This document shows, in pieces, positions 7,428 through 11,167 of a stretch of DNA of 11,167 nt. The stretch comes from a bacterium (lineage in GTDB: Bacteria; UBA9089; UBA9088). Under the pieces are notes generated by a model. The model was not told where the DNA came from. It saw only the letters and a program-made list of their open reading frames with translations, and did not search any database. The stretch covers positions 1 to 11,167 of the forward strand of contig JBFMDZ010000067.1 of assembly GCA_040753555.1 (NCBI GenBank), written 5' to 3'. How positions within the stretch are numbered: the stretch's first letter is position 1; each line of letters starts with the position of its first letter. The position numbers were made by a program, and so were the translations under genes.

Positions 7428-7721
7428 ATGAACACAATTGACGGGATGCTAAAGGAATTTGAGGCTATCTTAACAAGGATTGAGATTTTAATATTCTTTT
7501 CAAAAAATCCTTATGCTATGGATACCCTGAGTAAGTTTTCGGGATGGCTTAAAAGGCCACCATCTGATATAGCAAGGGAGTTTGATTATTTTGCAGAAAT
7601 GGGTATTGTTGAGAAGATGGGAGAGGGTGAGAATGCTATTTATTCCTATACATCAAACCTTGACATTACAAGCAAAATTGAAGAATTTATAAAAACCCTT
7701 GGAAAGAGAAGGATATCTTAA
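7428..7721 (+). CDS. Hypothetical 97-aa protein, predicted winged-helix (wHTH) DNA-binding-like fold
   Basis: The ORF ends 2 nt before hemA and sits 90 nt after nrdG. The segment RIEILIFFSKNPYAMDTLSKFSGWLKRPPSDIAREFDYFAEMGIVEKMGEGENAIYSYT reads as helix, helix, recognition helix, then a beta-hairpin wing. I recognise no specific family. AAGGA lies 4 nt before the ATG. Confidence 0.5.
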   Translation: MNTIDGMLKEFEAILTRIEILIFFSKNPYAMDTLSKFSGWLKRPPSDIAREFDYFAEMGIVEKMGEGENAIYSYTSNLDITSKIEEFIKTLGKRRIS

Positions 7722-7723
7722 AA

Positions 7724-8710
7724 ATGAAAAGCTTTGCTGTTTTTGGAATAAATCATAAAGTAGCAAAAGAGGATATGAGGGAAAAGGTGGCTTTAAATTC
7801 TTCTTCTATTAAAGATGCTATAGATATTGCAAAGAAGACATTTGATGAGGCTGTCCTTATCTCAACTTGCAATAGAACAGAGGTTTATGTAGTTTCATCA
7901 GAAAATAGCTTAAAAGAAAGATTAAGGGATTACATAAGAAACCTCTTTAAAATAGAGCTTAATCTTTTAGAGCAGTTTTATTTTTTCTCTCAAACAGAGG
8001 CATTAACACACCTTTTTAGGGTTGCAGGATCGTTGGATTCAATGGTTGTTGGTGAGGTTGAAATATTGGGTCAGATTAAGAATGCTTATAGGCTTGCACA
8101 AGAAAAGAAAACAACAAGTAAAGCGATAAATACCATGTTTCAGCATTCATTCAGAGTAGCAAAGAGGATAAGGACAGAGACAGATATTGCAAAGGGAAAT
8201 TACTCAATCCCATCTATTGCTTGCAATGTAGCCTATGAGAAATTGGGGGATTTAAGGGATAAGACAGTGATGGTCATTGGAGCAGGAAAAATCTCTGAGA
8301 TAACCCTAAAACATTTGGTTGATAAAGGCGTAAAAACCATTTTTGTTGGAAACAGAACATTTGAAAGGGCATTAGAATTAGCAAAAAGGTTTAATGGGAT
8401 TGCTTTACATTTTAATGATTGCTTTGAGAAATTAGGACAATGCAACCTTGTTATCTCTCAAACATCATCACCACATTATATTATAAAGGACATTCCAGAT
8501 AAAAGGAAAAACCCTTTGGTTTTAATTGACCTTGCAGTTCCAAGGGACATTGAGCCAAATATAGGAAATCTTTTTGGTGTTTTCCTCTATAATCTTGACT
8601 CATTTCAAGGGATTATAGATAGGACAATGAAAATAAGAAAGGATGAAAGAGAAAAAGCAGAAGAAATCATTAAAGAAGAAATCCAATCCCTTGCTCCCAT
8701 TATTTTTTAA
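7724..8710 (+). CDS. hemA: Glutamyl-tRNA reductase-like protein, short form lacking the C-terminal dimerisation domain
   Basis: The N-terminus is MKSFAVFGINHKVAKEDMREKV. The catalytic Cys is in LISTCNRTEVY (Cys49, nt 7868-7870). The HLFRVAGSLDSMVVGEVEILGQIK motif and the NADPH-binding VMVIGAGKISE plus FVGNRT are present. The protein is only 328 aa, against roughly 400-440 for typical HemA. Confidence 0.85.
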   Translation: MKSFAVFGINHKVAKEDMREKVALNSSSIKDAIDIAKKTFDEAVLISTCNRTEVYVVSSENSLKERLRDYIRNLFKIELNLLEQFYFFSQTEALTHLFRVAGSLDSMVVGEVEILGQIKNAYRLAQEKKTTSKAINTMFQHSFRVAKRIRTETDIAKGNYSIPSIACNVAYEKLGDLRDKTVMVIGAGKISEITLKHLVDKGVKTIFVGNRTFERALELAKRFNGIALHFNDCFEKLGQCNLVISQTSSPHYIIKDIPDKRKNPLVLIDLAVPRDIEPNIGNLFGVFLYNLDSFQGIIDRTMKIRKDEREKAEEIIKEEIQSLAPIIF

Positions 8711-8959
8711 AGTTCACATATGTGTTTATTTGTTTGTATGTGTTTAGGTAGATGGCATGCAAACTCTTTCCTTATGAGAGCTTAATCTTAAGAAAAGGAA
8801 ATGAACCTTAAGGAAAGAAATTCTTAAATCTCTCCACCCATGTTACGAAAAATTAGCAAACACCCTTGAATGGGATAAAAATGGATACAATGTGCTTAAG
8901 TCGCAGTCAAAATATCCCGACAAAACATTTGACATTATGAGAGGGAATTTAATATCATT

Positions 8960-10978
8960 ATGATTATGATGGCAATAGCAATTGGGATAATCTGTGGTGT
9001 TGTAGTTTTTGTAATAACCTTCATTAAGGCAATGCCAATAGTATGGGGGGTAATTCTTGCCATCTCTGCCTTTATTATTGTCAATCTTATCAATATTATT
9101 ATAAAATCCATCCATTCAATTGGTCCAAATGAGGTTGGCTTAATCATCAAAAGGTTTTCCATAAGCGGAAAAAAATTAACTAATGATTGTCCTATTGCTT
9201 TCAAGGGAGAGCCAGGCTATCAGGCAAGGCTATTGATGCCAGGGCTGCGATGGGTATTCTGGCCTATATCACGGGTTGAAAAACACCCCTGGGTTCAGGT
9301 TCCTGCCGGTGAAATAGGGGTTGTGATCTCCCAGATTGGAAAGCCTCTGCCGGTGGGTGCAAAATCAGCAAGATACAATCCCATATTTGGCAATTTTACC
9401 GATATTGGGGTTTTCCTTGAAAATGGTGGAGAAAAGGGTGTTCAAAGGCCTGTCCTTCCCCCAGGAACATTAGCTCCCATTCATCCGGTTGCATTTCTTG
9501 TGATAACAAAGGAGCGGGTATATGGGATTCCTATATCGCCCGAGCTTAATATTGATGTAAAAAGAGGAGAGATTACACCCGAGACATTCGGGCTTAAGAG
9601 GGAGCAATTGAATGTAGTAAGGATTGAGCCAGAGCCAGGCGGAAATAAAGAGGTGCTTGATATGATCGGGATTGTTACAACATTTGAGGGAAATCCATTA
9701 CCCCCCGGGACAATCGCAAGCCGAATTGGTGATTTTGAAGAGGTAGCCGAGAATATTGAGGATAATGTAATCATTGAAAGGGTTTTGGGAACAAAGAATG
9801 AGGTTCATAATAATTACCAGGATTTCCAGAAATTTTTGGATTCAGGAGGAAGGATTGGGCTTCAGTATGACCCCCTTCTTTATGGAGCATTTAACCTAAA
9901 TCCATTTTTGGTTAGCGTGGAAAAGCTTCCCATGCTTATTGTAAAGCAGGGTGAGGTTTCAGTGGTAAAATCCTATGTAGGAAAGCCGACAAGGGATATT
10001 TCAGGGGCAGAATTTAAGTTTGGAACCTTAGTTAGGCCTGGATATAGAGGGATATGGAATGAGCCACTTAGAACAGGAAAATATCCCATAAACCCTCGCT
10101 GTTATGAGGCAATAATTGTTCCCACCTCTATCCTTACCTTAAATTGGGCAACCATAACCTCAAAGGCACATGAGCTTGACAAGGAGCTAAACCCAATAGA
10201 TGCAAAGAGCAGAGAAGGATTTGAGTTTAAAATTGATCTTCAGGTACAAATCCATATCCCTGATACAAAGGCACCGCGGGTTATCTCCATTGTTGGCTCA
10301 ATCCAGAATCTGGTAAATGAGGTATTGCAAGGTGCGGTGGGAAACCATTTTCGGGATAAGCTTCAGGGTATGCCTGCGATTAAGTTCATCGAGACAAGGC
10401 AGCAGGTTCAGGAGGAGGCATTTTTGCATATCAAGAACCTCCTTTCACAATATGATGTTGAGACAAAAGGGGTTTTTATCCAGGATGTCATCCTTCCCCA
10501 ACAACTTGTAAATGTCCTTACCGATAGGGAGATTGCCAATCAACAAATTGAGACATACAAGAAGCAGAAAGAGGCACAGGAAGAGAGGATAGTGATGGAA
10601 AAGACAAAGGGAACCGCAGACCAGCAGGCAGAGCTCGCAAGGTCACAGGTGGGGATTGAGATAAAATCAAACAATGCAAGGGCAAGGAAGGCAGAGGCTG
10701 ATGGAGAGGCAACCTATATTAGAGAAACAGGGTTTGCTAAGGGTGCTGAGGTTGAGGCAATTGGAATGGCAAGGGCAAAGGCTTATCAAGGTCAGGTTGA
10801 GGCATTAGGAAAAACAGAGACCGCTTTGGTTAATGCCATTGTTGCTCTGGCTGAGGCAAAGGCAAGAATTGCTCCAGAAACCCTTGTTTTAAGCACAGGA
10901 AGCACAGGAAGCCTTGAGGGCCTATCGGCAAGCCTGATGAACTATCTTGGAAAGATTGGAAAGAAGGAATTGCCTTAA
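8960..10978 (+). CDS. Flotillin-like SPFH/Band-7 membrane protein (FloT/YuaG/YqiK-like)
   Basis: There are two N-terminal hydrophobic helices (residues ~3-22 and 27-48). The SPFH-type start is NEVGLIIKRF...PGLRWVFWPISRVEKHPWVQVPAG. The C-terminus has coiled-coil, Ala/Glu-rich flotillin-type repeats (KKQKEAQEERIVMEKTKGTADQQAELARSQ ... AEVEAIGMARAKAYQGQVEALGKTETALVNAIVALAEAKA). Confidence 0.85.
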   Translation: MIMMAIAIGIICGVVVFVITFIKAMPIVWGVILAISAFIIVNLINIIIKSIHSIGPNEVGLIIKRFSISGKKLTNDCPIAFKGEPGYQARLLMPGLRWVFWPISRVEKHPWVQVPAGEIGVVISQIGKPLPVGAKSARYNPIFGNFTDIGVFLENGGEKGVQRPVLPPGTLAPIHPVAFLVITKERVYGIPISPELNIDVKRGEITPETFGLKREQLNVVRIEPEPGGNKEVLDMIGIVTTFEGNPLPPGTIASRIGDFEEVAENIEDNVIIERVLGTKNEVHNNYQDFQKFLDSGGRIGLQYDPLLYGAFNLNPFLVSVEKLPMLIVKQGEVSVVKSYVGKPTRDISGAEFKFGTLVRPGYRGIWNEPLRTGKYPINPRCYEAIIVPTSILTLNWATITSKAHELDKELNPIDAKSREGFEFKIDLQVQIHIPDTKAPRVISIVGSIQNLVNEVLQGAVGNHFRDKLQGMPAIKFIETRQQVQEEAFLHIKNLLSQYDVETKGVFIQDVILPQQLVNVLTDREIANQQIETYKKQKEAQEERIVMEKTKGTADQQAELARSQVGIEIKSNNARARKAEADGEATYIRETGFAKGAEVEAIGMARAKAYQGQVEALGKTETALVNAIVALAEAKARIAPETLVLSTGSTGSLEGLSASLMNYLGKIGKKELP

Positions 10979-11072
10979 AGGATAAAATTCACGAGCATCT
11001 CCTAACCCCCCAATGAGGCAAAAAGGCATTTAAAGTAGAAAAATACGGCTCATCGCGGATTATGGTGCATTA

Positions 11073-11155
11073 GGATAGGGATAGGGTTTAAAGACACCCA
11101 TAGAGGAACATCCTTGAATAATCTTTAGCTTCATATACTCCTTATCCCTATAACC
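11073..11155. repeat. Imperfect 12-13 bp inverted repeat (GGATAGGGATAGGG ... CCTTATCCCTATAA) separated by about 50 nt
   Basis: Read directly. The arms match in 12 of 13 positions when reverse-complemented. It is near the window edge and its function is unknown. Confidence 0.25.
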
Positions 11156-11167
11156 ATATGCCCTTCT

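Noticed and set aside
7149-7435. Minus-strand ORFs 7149-7352 and 7205-7435
   Set aside because: They are antisense to the nrdG 3' end and to the repeat array. The RRFGRFRQFRQ stretch is just the repeat array translated.
8233-8445. Minus-strand ORF inside hemA
   Set aside because: It is antisense to a motif-validated HemA frame.
8700-8760. Intrinsic terminator after hemA
   Set aside because: The region has a T-rich run but no GC-rich stem. The GCATGC palindrome at ~8755 is too short to call a hairpin.
8843-9774. Minus-strand ORFs 8843-9115, 8935-9204 and 9481-9774
   Set aside because: They overlap the flotillin gene antisense. Their hydrophobic or low-complexity translations mirror the flotillin TM region.
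10317-10712. ORFs 10317-10511 (+) and 10518-10712 (-)
   Set aside because: They are an alternative frame and an antisense frame within the flotillin coiled-coil tail. The repetitive Ala/Glu coding naturally gives open off-frames.
10979-11060. Intrinsic terminator after the flotillin gene
   Set aside because: GAGGCAAAAAGGCAT looks hairpin-like at first glance, but the arms are not complementary. No terminator was called.
1-11167. CRISPR arrays, tRNA/rRNA genes and transposase/integrase genes
   Set aside because: I scanned for regularly spaced direct repeats, cloverleaf-compatible GC-rich stems and characteristic transposase motifs, and found none. The only repeat-rich spots are the CT tract at 1-110 and the dyad array at 7344-7414. 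Neither has the repeat-spacer periodicity of a CRISPR array.

Overview
This window is AT-rich, carries a class III (anaerobic) ribonucleotide reductase, and uses AGA/AGG arginine codons, so it most likely comes from an anaerobic bacterium. I can support seven coding regions. On the minus strand (137-3685) there is one large gene combining an N-terminal SWIM zinc finger with a C-terminal Swi2/Snf2 ATPase, in the YwqA-like bacterial architecture. Divergent from it, a tightly packed same-strand cluster runs 3821-8710. It holds an MTAP/PNP-family nucleoside phosphorylase, nrdD (anaerobic ribonucleoside-triphosphate reductase), nrdG (its radical-SAM activase, overlapping the nrdD stop by 4 nt), a 97-aa predicted winged-helix protein, and an unusually short glutamyl-tRNA reductase (hemA-like, 328 aa, no C-terminal dimerisation domain). 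After a 249-nt AT-rich gap comes a 672-aa flotillin-like SPFH membrane protein (8960-10978). I found no tRNA or rRNA genes, no CRISPR array and no transposase or integrase. I do not see a clear multi-gene novel system. Six things look most worth a second look. First, the poorly characterised SWIM-Snf2 helicase with an apparent leaderless promoter. Second, a phosphorylase with substitutions at the adenine-specifying aspartates, sitting immediately upstream of nrdDG, possibly salvaging the deoxynucleoside by-product of the radical-SAM activase. Third, a dense CAGACA/TGTCTG dyad repeat array in the 90-nt gap between nrdG and the small winged-helix ORF. Fourth, a small winged-helix protein gene followed 2 nt later by a truncated hemA that has no other heme-pathway neighbours. 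Fifth, a strongly polypyrimidine TTCTCCCC repeat tract at the left edge. Sixth, the unusually long flotillin. All family assignments come from reading motifs by eye and need HMM or BLAST confirmation.
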